DNA of 64,000 nucleotides. Origin: Azolla caroliniana. Taxonomy: Eukaryota; Plantae; Polypodiophyta. This document shows positions 35,401-48,546 of this stretch, one piece after another; positions within the stretch are counted from its first letter, which is position 1, and every line of letters starts with the position of its first letter. The notes under the pieces were generated by a model. It ran no database searches. It was given only the letters and a program-made list of their open reading frames with translations, and was not told where the DNA came from. The stretch covers positions 4,960,001 to 5,024,000 of the forward strand of contig JBHGNT010000012.1 in assembly GCA_043228905.1 (NCBI GenBank). Direction: 5' to 3'. The position numbers and the translations under genes were made by a program.

Positions 35401-38400
35401 CGGATTCCACTCCTTGATGACACAATTGGCAAATTCTCTCTTTTAGAAGTAGTCGTGTATATCTGCCTACCTCAATCAGTAACTGATGTGATGAAGTTCG
35501 CAACTGCCCTGTCACACTATGCAACGCATAGGATAGATGTATGTCCATATAAGGTGGCCTGATGATGAATCCATCCTCCAATGTGTGTAAGAAAGTGTGT
35601 CTTATAGTGGGCCATCTTCGTACCAAGTGGTATTTTGGGGCTGATCCATGTTATCTTGTTTTCCAAGTTAATAATATCAGTTCGGATCACTCTATTCTTT
35701 TCCACTTTGCTCATATTTAGATGAGGACAGTCCAAGCTATATTGGAACGGGGGTAGTGCATTTATACTCATGCCATGTGACTCGAACCATTGCTGCATTT
35801 CAGCATACCAACAATGAATGTCTCTATTTTCAGCCAATTGTCTTGATGACATAAGTGCCAACATTGGGTACCTTCGTTTAGGGAGCTCCCATAGACGTTG
35901 GATAAATGTCACTGATCAGAACAATGCCTCGGTGATTATAGGTGCTGCTCCCATCTCTGCCTGGATTATATTGTGTGGCACCGATGCTTTCCTCCGTATC
36001 ATGGAGCAATCATTGACACTAAAGGTCTCTCTAAATCTTTCCAATGATTTGCCTTGTTAAGACTTGGTCCCCATGTTTCTACCGCACAGAGAAGAATTGG
36101 TGTGACAAGTGTATCAAATAACCACAACTTAGTTCATGGTTCTTGGAACTGCAAATGTGCACATTGTGTCTCGAGAGCACCAAGGGCTGCATATCCACGA
36201 GAAAGTCGGGCACAAGCAGCCTCCTGTAAGGAGAACCTAGGCCCTGTAAATGTTACTGCTAGGTATGTGTAGGAGCGTGTGTATTCCACCTTTTCCTCTC
36301 CCAAGAAGAATTCCGGTTCTGATCTTGTTACCCATGCTTGAGTGGTGTTAAACACCATCACTTTAGTTTTGTCCATGTTGATTGACAAACCTTTGTCCGT
36401 ACAAAATTGTTTTAAGGCATTTAGATGTCTTTGTAGTCCCTTTGGAGAGTCAGAAATCAGCACAATGTCATCAGCATATAGTAATATTTGTATAGCTATA
36501 CCTGCTAGGCGTGCTCCGGAACCCCCGAATCTCTCTATGTAATGTGATACCTCATCTATATAGTGGCCGAAGAGAGTGGGTGGTAATGGGCATCCTTGCT
36601 TCACTCTAATTGTGCTAGCCATTGCCTCTGACAAACCCTTGGAAGACCGCACTTTTCTTGACACGGATTCATAGATTGCATAGATTCCCCATTGCAAAGC
36701 TGTAGGAACACCAAGGGCTTCTAGCCGCTGCATAAGCGGAGCACGTGGCACAATGTTAAAGGCTTTTTTGGAAATCCACAAAGCAGCAATAAATCTTCTT
36801 ATTATGGGCTCTCCCTCCTCGATAAGGGCCCAGAGGGTGAATATGTGATCCAAAGTTGTGAACCCCTTCTGAAAGCCTGCCTGTCCAACTGAACGGCAGC
36901 CATTCCACTTTGCACATACACTGAATTCTGATTCTAGAATCGAGCCATATAGTTTAGCCAAGTAATGGCCAATCATGGTTTTCCTATAGATGCTTTGGCA
37001 TCATGGGGTCTCCACTCTTGAGGATTGGCACAATGGTGTGCTGAGTCCATCTAGTTGGGAAACCTTCACACATGATGCTGTTAAAGATGTGTGCTAGCAA
37101 TGGGAGCAAGGTGTCACGGGCATAGATAAAGTGCTCACCAACCAATCCATCATGATCTTGGGCCTTCCTAAATTGTAGCCGATCAATGGCATTTCTTACA
37201 TTTTGTGGTGTAAAAAAGGTTGATTCATGTGGGCGTGAGCCATTCGGGTGGGGAAGAGGAGGTTGCCTTAGGATATCATATAGAACCTTTGCATATTCAT
37301 GCCACACCTGAGGTGAGGTCAATTGTGTGGTGGGTTGCCTCTAATTAAAGGGAAGATCCTCAAATTTCAGAGCAACGTCCCAATGAAAGAAAGAAAGAAA
37401 GAAAGACGTTTTGGCCAAAATGGCCTATAAGAATGAACAAGAGATTAAATTTTTAAGTGCTGTCTCATTTTTGACAATAACAAATCAAAATAGATAAATG
37501 TTACTACGTAAAAAAAAGTAAATAAGATGAAAAGAGACTAAAGAATCTTGTTATTGGTACATGTAAGATTCTCAAGTTAGATATATTGTAATTTATTTCT
37601 TCGAAAGATCTCTAGCATAGGTCGATCCAAAATGGAGAGGTCCCCAAAGCAATGGAAGCACCTACCATGGCCAGAAATAATGGCCTTTAATTGTTGATGA
37701 GAAGGATGGTGAGATCTTGGCCCATGGGCCAGGGCCTACTTGCACGAGAAATTGCTATTGCCCAATCTATTGTAAACCCTTTGTTATGTCCTGATTGTTG
37801 GGATTGAAGGCACTTTACGTTTCTCTAGCTAAACTAGAAAAATGGTTTTATATTATTTAATATTTTCTAATTTTTGGTAAAGTTGTACAGTGTTGTTTTC
37901 ACCTCAAAGAATATTTTGTACCCTGAATGGAATCCTTGGACAAGATTCCCATTCAGCATTAAATTGGTATTTATGAGGCCATGACAGCTGTCCCATCAGC
38001 ATTTAAACCTCTTCTTCTAAGAGCATATTCTATGCATCTTGAATAGCATGCACACGTGTGTGTATGCACTCCTAACTTGTATATTTTTTTATGTAGTAGG
38101 CATTTGGTTTGCAGAACTGCTTCTGCTTTCTTTAATCTCTCCTATGTTTTATACCCCATACTTGTTTTCAGTTTCTCCGCTTTTAGTCAGAAAACTGTCA
38201 TTCTATCTTCTACTTCTTTACATTGATCGGGTGCCTATTCCTGTAGCCCTTGATTGACTTGTAGCATGTGTAGGAGTGATGGGGCTAAAGAAAGTTGTGA
38301 TTGTTCTATGTTGATGAGCTTGTGTGGTTGTCTGTTGTCCTTCAACAACTTTTCTCTGTGTCTCTAGAGTTCTAGCCAGAATACCCCCGAGCACCGTTGG

Positions 38401-41400
38401 TCCTCATATTCCAATACCTTGCGCAGAGAGAGATTGTTTTTACTGCAGAAATCAGCAGCAACAACAGGGACAATCAAACTTGTCACGGATTCCCACTCAA
38501 TCATGGTATCCTCCTTCTGTGCTTGGCTCTGGAAGCTTGCCTAGAGCTTCATCATCTCCAAACATTGCAGAATTTGCATCAAGATCAAACCTTCAGTCCA
38601 GGGTATTACCAGAGTCTCCTTCAACTGTGTTTACAGCTACATTTCCCCCTTTAAAAGATAAAAGGTTATTATTTTCTCACACATGCACTTTTCCATGTGT
38701 AATAGATAAAGGAATCTTAACGTTCTGTTTTGGATACAGTGTGGAAGAACTGCGAAAACTCATGATGGATAAGGCTGCTTACAATGAGCTTTTGCATTCT
38801 CTTGATCAAGTCAGGACATTAGACATTGTAAGTGTCAGATAATGTATTAAAATTTACCCTAGTATCTATAGTGCTTCTTCACACACCCTGAAATTTTCCT
38901 TGAAATAATTTGAAGTTTTCAGCCAGTTGTTTTGAGTACTGAAATTTAGACAGGAAAATAATGAGAAAGTGCATAAAATTTGTCCAGAAAGTTCGAGTAA
39001 TCTCGATTCTGCATGAAATCCAAAATTTGCCTTTACCATTCTAGAATTTACACAACGCTTAGTTGGTTGTTACTCCAATAGCATTTACAAACAATGTTTA
39101 CCAGAATTTAGATTTCCTACTTTAGTGTACATGCTTGTATATAATCCCCTTGCTGGAAATACTACCACTACAGTAACCTGCTACACTAACTCATTGTCAT
39201 AAGAATATCCAAAGGTCCCGAGAACTTTGCTTTGCTCTTGAGCACATCTCCACCACCATGTTAACTCCAAGGAATAGCCATGATAAGAATATTCATGAAG
39301 AAGTTGAAGGGCTCCATTTGATGCCAACATTGTGGCATCCACATCTGCTCCACCCAATTTCTACTTCTCCTTGCTATCCTTTCAGGAACTTGGTCATCAT
39401 TTGCAAATCAAGTTTTCCTTTCACAGTACTTTCTCTGTTTACTTTCAGTAAATGTTGCTGCCAATAGAATACGTTATCAAAGTCCTTGTCTTCCAAGCCT
39501 TGGAACCTTGTATTCAAAACTTCGTTGAGCATCTAGAGTATAATTTGCATGTCAAGAACCGTGAGACGCGTTAATGGTCTAGTTTTCAAATGGTTTTCAA
39601 CTAGTCTCAGTTGGGTATGCAAGCCAAGATATTCTTGCTCAGTATATGTAGCATGTTTATAATGAAATTGAGAGTATATTAAATTTGTATCATACATATG
39701 TCTGTCTGTACATGCACATTTTCATGGTGCTGATTGGCAATTCACATGCAAGTGCTTTGTCAAGTTCTCCAGATTGTTGATCTCTTTGTACTTGGTGCTT
39801 TCCTTTAGAGATACTAATCTTTGAGGCCAGTTTGTATACGGTCTAGCAGCCTCTAGCTTCTTAGCCACTAAAAAGTGACTCAAAACCTGAGCTTGCATCA
39901 CTGCGCTGCCATGAGAACTGTCTTATATCTATGTCAAACCATATTCTTCTTGCTTGACATACAGGATACAGCTCAATGAAGAATGTCTCCAGGATAGCCT
40001 GGTACCTGACTGCATTTAATAGAACATCTGTCAAATCAAGTTCAAAATTCTCTTTGGTAGTTTTTGTTTCTGTGGTATGCACCTGCAATTGCAGCACGAA
40101 TGTAGATTTGAGAAGAGAATCCTTGATACTGCTGAATTCTGAACTTCTCACTCTGTATTTTATATCTGTGTCAGTCTGCCTTATGTATATCGTGCTTCCC
40201 GACTTCTTGCACATATGCTTTGGCATCCTAACTTTTATGACGTTGCTGGAGTGACTGTTGTACTATGTATTCAGAATGTTAGCTGTGATTTTTTCATTTT
40301 CTCTCATCTGTTGTCCTCTATAGGCAGTGAATGAGCTTTAAACTTGATCTCCTCATCACTGTTGTTGCCACTCTCTATTCCCCTAAAGTACTGTGTCTCA
40401 CCATGCTTGTTGACAATGGTTCCCACAGAGCATTACATAATCAATAACTCTATAGGTTATCAACACATTCCAAGATAGAATTAATCTATACGTATATATT
40501 ATATCTGACTCAAACATGAATTGGACTTGGAAACTGATAGTGTAATATATTATTCAAATCATGCATGAAGAGGAAAACTAGCTCCTTGAGATATGACTTT
40601 GTGTGCTATGTATGTTTGTACTCACATAGATGCAAACATTTTTTGTTGTCAAAGTTTTCATGTGTTAAGTTTTATTTTTTGTTTAAGATCACTCAAATAT
40701 CAATAAAGCTAATTTGTTTAGTGGTGTTGTGCAGCTGAATGATGAACTACAAAAGAACAACATTGAACTTGCAAGTACCTTTTTTAACTTTTCTTCATGC
40801 TACATTAATGTATATGCATTGCATGCTTTTTTATTACCCTTTTTACTTGCATTGTATGTTTATTTATTTATTCAATGTTTTCTTGCTTTCAACAGGGAAC
40901 AATTTACAGCAAGAATCCATCATTACAGAACTCCAAAATCAGGTACATAAGTTCCCACATGTGTTGATGGAGGGATATGTATTAATCTTATCATAAATAG
41001 TGAGATCTAGTCTATCTCATGCTGCATGCAGATTGATTTTAATAAAAGAAAGATTAACAAATGGAAAGTACATCAGAGTGGCTTACCTTGCAATGCATTG
41101 GAATTGGCAAGTTGTATCATTTTGATAATGAGGTGAGAAAGTCTGCTGATGTTAGGCCTCAAATGGAACTTAACCAAAGGTGTTTTCATAAAAAATCCCT
41201 CACAGAATGCAAACCAAATACAAACACAGATAAAAAGATCGAAAAAGAGCTATATTGATGTCTTACAAGCACAGATACAAACTGGCCTATAAGACCAAAC
41301 AAAGATTACATCATAGAATGCTTTCTCGCCTTTGAGAACAACAAATCGAAATAAATACAATAAATATATGTAAGAAATTACAATTCTAAACTTAATTAGA

Positions 41401-44400
41401 CTGAAACTTTTGTCTTTAAAAATCCCCAACAGGGGCAGTTCCATAATGGAGAGATCTCCGAAGCGAGGGAAGCCCCTTTGCTGCCAGGTGATAATGGCCT
41501 TTATTTATCGGTGAATGGGTGACAAGGCCATGGTCTAGATGGTTGTGGCCTACATGCACGAAAAATTGCTATTGTAACCCTTTTCAAGTGTCTTCGTTGA
41601 GAATCCACTGATGTAGTCCTCAATTGATTTGTAGCATGAGTGATGTGGCTAAAGAAACTTGTGATTATGCTTTGCTGATGACTTGTTGTGATCGCAGTGC
41701 ATGAGACAGATAAGAAAGCTTGATAATAAATCCATTCTGCGACATGTGTAAAAAGAATGCTTTGTAGCTGCATATTCACAAGAAAGTCAAGCACAAGTAG
41801 CCTCTTGTAGGTTTGTGATTGCAGTGCATGAGGCCGATGTCTATCCATATAAGAAGGCTTGATAATAAATCCATTCTGTGACATGTGTAAAAAGAATGCC
41901 TTGTAGCTGCATATTCACAAGAAAGTCAAGCACAAGTAGCCTCTTGTAGGGAGAATAGAGAGTGTATGTTACACCTAGATGTGTAAGATCGTGTCTATGC
42001 CATCATTTTCCTCTCCCAAGAAGAATTCTGGTTCTGATCTTCTGATCTTGGTCCCCATACTCGAGTGGTGTTAAAACACCATGACTTTAGTTTTATCAAG
42101 GTTGACTGACATATCCTCATTTGTACAAAATAACTTAAGCATTTGGATGTCTTTGTAGGCCCACCGGAGAGTTCGAGATCAACACAAAGTCATCGGCATA
42201 GAATAATATCAGTATGACTACTCCTGTTAAGCATGCTTCTTAACCACACAATCTCTCTATCTAGTTAGATATCTCATCTATATAAAGACCAAAAAGAGCG
42301 GGTGATAATGGGCATCTTTGTTTTACTCCAACTGTGCTAGCCACAATCTCTGACAATCCAATAGGAGTGCACACCTTCCCTAATGCTGTTCATACAGTGC
42401 ATAGATCCCCCATCGCATATCTATTGGAACTCCAAGAGCTTCTAGTCACTGCATGAGCCAAGCATGTGGTGTAGTGTTGAAGGCTCTCTAGGAATCCACA
42501 AAGAAACAATAGATTCTCCTTTTATGGTTTTGTCCCTTCCTCAGTAAGGCCTCGGAGGGTCAATGTGTGATTTAAGGTCCTTTAATCCCAACACTCTGCA
42601 AAGGCATTTTTGGTGGCATATTGCAATGGCTTTGACAACCCATGTATGACTTCTTTTGGGGATGCAAAAGGATTCAAATCAAGGATGCCATTATGAACTC
42701 CATAACTATAACATCAATTGTTTCTCGAGTAAATTGGTTATTTAACATGTCCGGTCTCATTCTTAGCGTATACAACCTTTTGGCATCCATTCCTCACCTA
42801 AGAAGAACAAGCATGAGATTTGAGACCAATTCTTATTGATAAGTGTTGTTTAGGTCATTTGGGCATGTTCACAAATGGCCAATGACCAAAAATAAAGATA
42901 ATGTAAATGCCTATAACCCCCCAAATTGTGGCAAAAAATATAGTAAAAATATGTCTAAAAGCTCTCGAAGGGAGCTCTCACATGGAAGGGTCAAAATATA
43001 CAAAAAAGGACAGTTTGTGGGGCCTTTATCCCCAACAATCTCCCACTTAAAGGACCAAGGAGGCTCCTTTAAGCTAAGTAACTCCCACCATTTGTATAAA
43101 TAGCTAATATTGTGCCTTGGGTAGACACTTTGTGAGAGCGTGTGCAGGATTCTCTGAAGTATTGACCTTGATCAAAGTAATTAGGTCATCATTTATCACC
43201 CCTTTGATGAAGTGGTATCTCACATTAATATGCTTTGTGCGAGCATGAAACATTGCATTCTTTACCAAACATATTGCACTTGGCCATTGGATCCAAGAAC
43301 ATGTGCCTCTTCAGGCTTCCTAAACTCACTTCACAAGTGGGATAACCAAATGGCTTCTTTGGAAGCCTGTGTAGCTGAAATATATTCAGCTTCTGTAGTA
43401 GATAGTGCAACTATTGTAGAAAATGCAGGGATCTTAGACTAACTCTCACACAATGAGATCACTTAGAAGACTTAAGGAAATATCAGTAGATTAGGAAAAA
43501 TGAGCACTGATTACAAAGATTGAAAATGGTTTATATAACCAGTTTCTACAGGTAGGTGGAAACCCAACAGTCACTTTATTAGGTTCACACTATTATAACT
43601 ATATTCACACCTAACAGCTACTTAACTAGGTTCATACTATTATAATTTATAACTATGTTCACACCAAAGCTTTCATAGGATACGCATTAAGTGTAACCAC
43701 TATCCTCTGAAGTCTAGAGCACTATGAAATAGCTCCGCCTGCAAGGCTGTATACATAACCACTTGTGGACTTGCATGTATCCACATCACCTACCATGTCT
43801 GAATCACAAAATCCTTTTAACTCTAATGGACCCTTTCCATAACCTAGGCAGTTACCTTTGGTCACTTTCAAATATCCCAAGGTAGATTTGATTGCTTCCC
43901 AATGAGCTCTCCTTGGATTATCCATAAACCTGATAATAACTCCAATTGCGTGAGCAATGTCTGGCCGAGCAGCAACCATAGCATAAGTGAACCACAAGCT
44001 GATGCATATGGAACATTCTTCATGTAATTGGTTGCACTGTCATCTTTGGGACAATCATCCTTGGAAAGCCTAACATTTGGCTGCAATGGCACTCCAAGAG
44101 GCTTCGTATCAGCCACATTAAATCTGTCCAGCACTGTTTCAATGTGCTTTTCTTGGGATAAATGCAAAGGATACTGCTGCCTATCCCTTTTTATTCGCAT
44201 ACCAAGAATATGCTCAGCTTCCCAAGATCTTTTATTGAGAATGCAGAGTTCAGCTGCTGTTTTAGAGTATTCAGAGTGTTCTTTTTCTTCCCTGCCATGT
44301 TTGAGCATATATGCATCGGTATAAGAAATTTGTGTGGTCATCCTAACCACTGGAGAGAAAACCTCTTGGAAATCAATGCCCTCTTTTTGGCCATATCCCT

Positions 44401-47400
44401 TAGCAACCAGCCTTACTTATACTTGGGTTTGCCATCAACAGTTTTGTTTGGAATGGCCTTCCTACCTTTGGGCAGCTCAACCAAATCCCACGTATCATTT
44501 CTGTGCAAGGTTTCCTAACTCCCACTTCTTCTTGTGCACAGCTCACATAGTTTTGTCTCTTTATAACCAAGGCTCACCCTCATCTGATAATGTAATGTAA
44601 TGTATAGAGGGGTCATATCCTATTCACTTACCTACTAGAACGTCTAGATCTTCTTACCCAATGATCCACATTATCCGACAATGGATCTACATCAGGTGGT
44701 GCATTGGAATCTTCATTGTTAATAGGCTGTACATCATTTCCAGCCCTGTTTTCAGCATGCATAGGTGGCTGTGTGCCCATCAGAAGCATCGTTTTGCTGT
44801 CCAACATCATCTGGCTCAATAACCACTTGCTCATTATTATTTCCAACCAAACGTGGTGCATCATGAGGGTTCATATCAGATTTAACTTAGAGGCACGATC
44901 AACTCATGCAAAACCAACTCATTAGTACCACTTGCTGGGAGATGCAGCGTGCCAACACTTTCAATAGAACAAGTATGGTTATTTGCAAGATATACATGTC
45001 CATGTTTGCTTGCATGAAAGGCAGTAATACAGTCCTTAGGAGTAACATGAAATGATGCACTTGAATTCACAATCCATGTTTGTGACAAAGCATCATTCAA
45101 AGTGAGCAAGGCATCAATTCAATCGCTCTTTGTAATCTGCATGTCGTGTGCATGGATATAAACAAAAGCATCATTAACTTCTGCATGATCTGCTGCCATA
45201 GTAGCCAAAAAGTATTTTTGCATCTGATGGCTCCTCAATGATGCCTTCTCGTTGTCGTCGTCCTTAAAGCTGTTATGTGCTTCATTCTTGTTGTCCTATT
45301 TCTTCTTGTCACTTGTGTGCTTTTTTTCTAATGCAGCTTTGTAATACTTGCAATCAAGCTTCTTATGACATTTCCTACCACATTGATAACAAATCACTTC
45401 AGCCTTGCCTTTGCTTTTGCTCTTGTTCCTGGAAAGGAAGGTAATCTAGAGTCCTACAATTATGAGAGAGTACCTTGAAAGGCAGATAAGTGCTCAGTTG
45501 CACTTTTTGACTCGTCAAATTGCATACACACTAGCTTACGCATGAGATGCACTTGATTTGCAGGCATGGTAATTTCATAAATAGCTTCTAGCTTCTCCCA
45601 TACCTCAAAAGCAATTGCAAGGCCCATTAGATCCACTAAGATCTCATTTGATACGACCATCTTGATGTAAGTGATTGCCTTCTTATTTAGTTTCATCCAT
45701 GCTACAGTTGTCATATCTTCAAGCTTGACTTCAAGAAGTGTCCTTTCGCAATCTTTAAGAAAGAGAATGCCTAACATTCTCTCTTTCCATAAATCAAAAC
45801 CACTATCTTCAACTCTCTTGATCTCAAAAAGCTTTTGATATTCGAGGTAGTAGTCATGTTTGCACACTACAATTTAAAAAACAAATCACCAAAAAAAGAG
45901 TAAAATCACCGAGACAAAAAAAAATCATGATGAAACACCGAGATGTGATGGTGTGGTTGGTTGCTCCAAAACACCAAGGGAGTGAGCTATTGTGTGAGGA
46001 GAGGGAAAGTAGAGAAAATTGTGTAGAAAAATGAAGAGATTTGAGACCAAATCTTATGGATAAGTGACTTTTAGGTCATTTGGGCATGTTCATACGTAGC
46101 CAATGATAAAAAATTATAAAGACATTGTAGTCGTCACCTATAATCCATGCAAGTGTGTCTGCATCCCCTGGAAGAAATGAGAAGGGATTTCTCAAAGCAA
46201 CCCTCCCTAGTTTCTGTTCTAATTCCATGGAACAGTTGAAGACAAAGTAGCAAACGAGAAAGTTAATACGTAATGGATTGTCCTTCTATTTGTAGTAGTT
46301 TGTTTTGGTACTCCTTGGGAAGATAGGATCGACCTTCAACCATGCTTTTACGGCATGCTCTTCCTTTCTTCCTGAACTTCTTTGAACGTATCCCTATCCC
46401 TTTTTAGCTTCCTACACAAGAACCCCCTCTACCCTTCGAATCGCGAATCAAGCCTATTACTAGTTTTGTCGAAGAGATCTACACCTAGTATAGAGTGACA
46501 AAATTTACCTCAACGACATCAGGAATATCCTCAATATCAGGAGTATCAGGAAAGCAAGCCTCTACGCAGCAAGCATGGAAAAGCACCTTATCACTCAGCA
46601 ATGTGCATTGGTTTCTATCCGAGCAATTAGGATTGGGTTTGACCAACTCTCTCTTGGAAAATGAGAATTCCCGCCTCGTCACACTACACTATCAAGTCAG
46701 AGTTCCCAGACATGACCTTCTCCTTATTGCTTGCTTGCCCAAGGCAAATACAATCTGCAGATCCTTTACTGCGTCAGATGCTTTCTTGGCTTTTAGTGGT
46801 ATTTTCCCCCTATTTCTCCCTATTTCCGTTAGCGGCGCGGCTACTATTACTAGTGTTCAGAAGGCTGCTCTTACATAATTGTCTTCTTCATTTCTATTCG
46901 TTCAGTTTCATTTTCTTCCTCTTGATAAGTATCATATAGAGCAACATCTATCCCGATAGCCGAGACTATACCAGTAAGTCCTCCTATAGTAAGCGGAAAC
47001 GTTGACCCTATATATTTGCAGGAAAGGAAATGCAGCCACTTGATAAGTATCATATAGAGCAACATCTATCCCGATAGCCGAGACTATACCAGTAAGTCCT
47101 CCTATAGTAAGCGGAAACGTTGACCCTACTGCAAATGACATGAGTGTTTTGTATTATAATCCCACAAATTGGGGCGAAGGGAGCTTTCACATGGAAGGGT
47201 CAAAATATACAAAAAAAAAGGAGTCCTTTGACTTTTGTATATTTCTGGAACTAGTAGTTAGAGCAATAGCGGAATAAGTTTGAATTTCAGGAATAGAGGA
47301 GAAGAATGTGGGAGACAAAGGACTATGACATCATTATCTGGGAGTGTGGGCCATATCTTTTCATGAATAATGTTAGTTGGGATATTTTTTATAAATGTAA

Positions 47401-48546
47401 CATGTGAATTATGAAAAATGGCACAAACAATTAGGTACTTGCTACCTTAATCTTTGTATGAATGACTTTTTACATTTCCAAGCCTTTCCTGCATTGAGCA
47501 GCATTTCTCTGTCATGTTGCGTTTCACTATGAAATTCGGTTTCATACATGTTTCCAAGCTTTTCCTACTTTTGAAATTGAAAGGTGGTTTCATGCATGAC
47601 TTTTCCAGCACTTTTCCATCAAATTGCTTTCTACGATGGACGCTGGTTTCATGCATGTTGCCAATTTTCTGCTTTTGACCATGTGTTCTGAACAACTATG
47701 GTAGTATGATGGAGTTTGGGATCTTTCTCTTTCATCAGCTGGCCATTCTTGCTGGTTTTTCCTACTTTTAGAAAGGACTTTTCCAAGTGGGTTGGTTTTA
47801 AACTTTTTCTGTACTGCTATTTCAAAAAAATAAACAAATTCCATTTTACAGAAAAGCACTGTAACATGCTTATACAGAAACACTTTATACATACATTTTT
47901 ATGATGGTGTCCTATGCATTGCTTGGGGTACATATTTACCTTGCCATTTTGAAGTTAGGTTTGATGAAAGTTTAGAAAACAGTTTAAAATTAGGTTTAAT
48001 GAAAAAGTTGGGAAAACAGTTTTTATCATCATAGGAAAGTGCCACTAGTATGGTTTCGTTTAAGTTATCCAATTATTTTAATTTCCATGCAAATTTGATG
48101 AGATTCAAATTTGATGATTCAATTTGTGTACTAACATTTTCATGAATAATCTGAGTCGAGGTCAGTGTGCAATTATACAAACCTCGAAGTTAGCTGCTGC
48201 TCTGGAAAACCTGTGCAAAGTTCAAGAGCAGGAGAAAGAGATAACAAATCAACTGAGTATCCCCACGCTTTTAAAAAATCTTAAAGGTATGTCTGAACAC
48301 CTTTAAGATTGGTAATTGATTGAAAAACCTTGGGCAAATGTTTCATGCGTTTTCTTTATTTCAGAGGCTGCACACCAAGTTGATGAAGAATCTGAAAAGT
48401 TGCACCAAGGGTTTCTGTCTGGGGAGATAGAGCTCATGGAATTTATTCCAAAATATCGGAGATTGCGTTTGTTATGCCATCGAATGACTCTGATACATTC
48501 TGCAGCCAAATTTTGGATGGTTCCCTCAGGCAGACCTGAACAGTAG
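31565..48546 (+). CDS. VPS37: ESCRT-I subunit VPS37 (Mod(r) domain), 7 coding exons
   Basis: Exons are 31565-31572, 38449-38664, 38740-38827, 40735-40774, 40896-40942, 48166-48286 and 48365-48546, all GT-AG and in phase. The protein reads [11 protein letters not shown]...SWYPPSV...[29 protein letters not shown]...[17 protein letters not shown]...[13 protein letters not shown]...[21 protein letters not shown], matching plant VPS37. The 8-nt first exon is inferred. Confidence 0.9.
32379..32450. repeat. (GA)n microsatellite
   Basis: About 36 GA units. Confidence 0.95.
33250..33930 (-). mobile_element. Decayed non-LTR RT fragment (RTE/RTEX-like) in VPS37 intron 1
   Basis: Minus-strand remnants ([19 protein letters not shown]) parallel the C-terminal RT region of the LINE at 36000-36500. 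Confidence 0.45.
34501..37383 (-). mobile_element. 5'-truncated RTEX-like LINE (RT plus C-terminal zinc finger) with a (TTTC)n tail and a duplicated 3' UTR
   Basis: RT motifs are [24 protein letters not shown] and [11 protein letters not shown]. The C-terminus reads [15 protein letters not shown]...ERICQLC...[10 protein letters not shown]. The tail is aagaaagaaag on + at 34501, and a ~195-bp 3' segment is present twice (34520-34910). Confidence 0.85.
37385..38425 (-). mobile_element. Second RTEX-like 3' fragment, split by a solo LTR
   Basis: The (GAAA)n tail is at 37385-37405. The sequence is homologous to 34520-35310 on both sides of 37796-38222. Confidence 0.8.
37796..38222. mobile_element. 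Probable solo LTR (427 bp)
   Basis: It starts TGTTG, ends TTACA, is flanked by ctgat/ttgat, and cleanly interrupts the LINE fragment. Confidence 0.6.
41270..42580 (-). mobile_element. Third, internally deleted RTEX-like LINE copy in VPS37 intron 5
   Basis: It is homologous to the 3' UTR (ggcctataagaccaaacaaagattacatc) and to the RT region 36290-36860 ([10 protein letters not shown] remnant). It has an internal ~93-bp duplication at 41718 and 41858. Confidence 0.8.
43415..43699. mobile_element. Probable solo LTR inserted in the RNase H of Copia C
   Basis: The TGTAG...AACCA segment is flanked by a (a)ctat duplication and interrupts RLQRIV|[10 protein letters not shown]. Confidence 0.5.
46147..47154 (-). 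pseudogene. cox1: NUMT: mitochondrial-derived insert ending in a tandemly duplicated, unedited cox1 fragment (46921-47154)
   Basis: The minus strand reads [41 protein letters not shown], compared with canonical [42 protein letters not shown]. The insert is bounded by a TATAATCC direct repeat. A mitochondrial origin for 46147-46920 is inferred only from adjacency. Confidence 0.8.

Larger units (their letters stand above)
42815..47225 (-). mobile_element. Decayed Copia element C in VPS37 intron 5
   Basis: LTR-like repeats lie at ~42815-43037 and ~46035-47225, the latter split by the NUMT. Gag is at 45460-45867 (FDLWKERM), the protease remnant reads [10 protein letters not shown], and RT/RH reads RPDIAHA and FCDSDMVGD...STSGY. 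The PPT is next to 43038. Confidence 0.8.

Noticed and set aside
46871-47141. Functional nuclear cox1 gene
   Set aside because: Only ~40 codons are present, duplicated, unedited and with a deletion.
47410-48045. Possible MITE with repeated tttcatgcatg motifs
   Set aside because: I could not identify convincing TIRs or a TSD.
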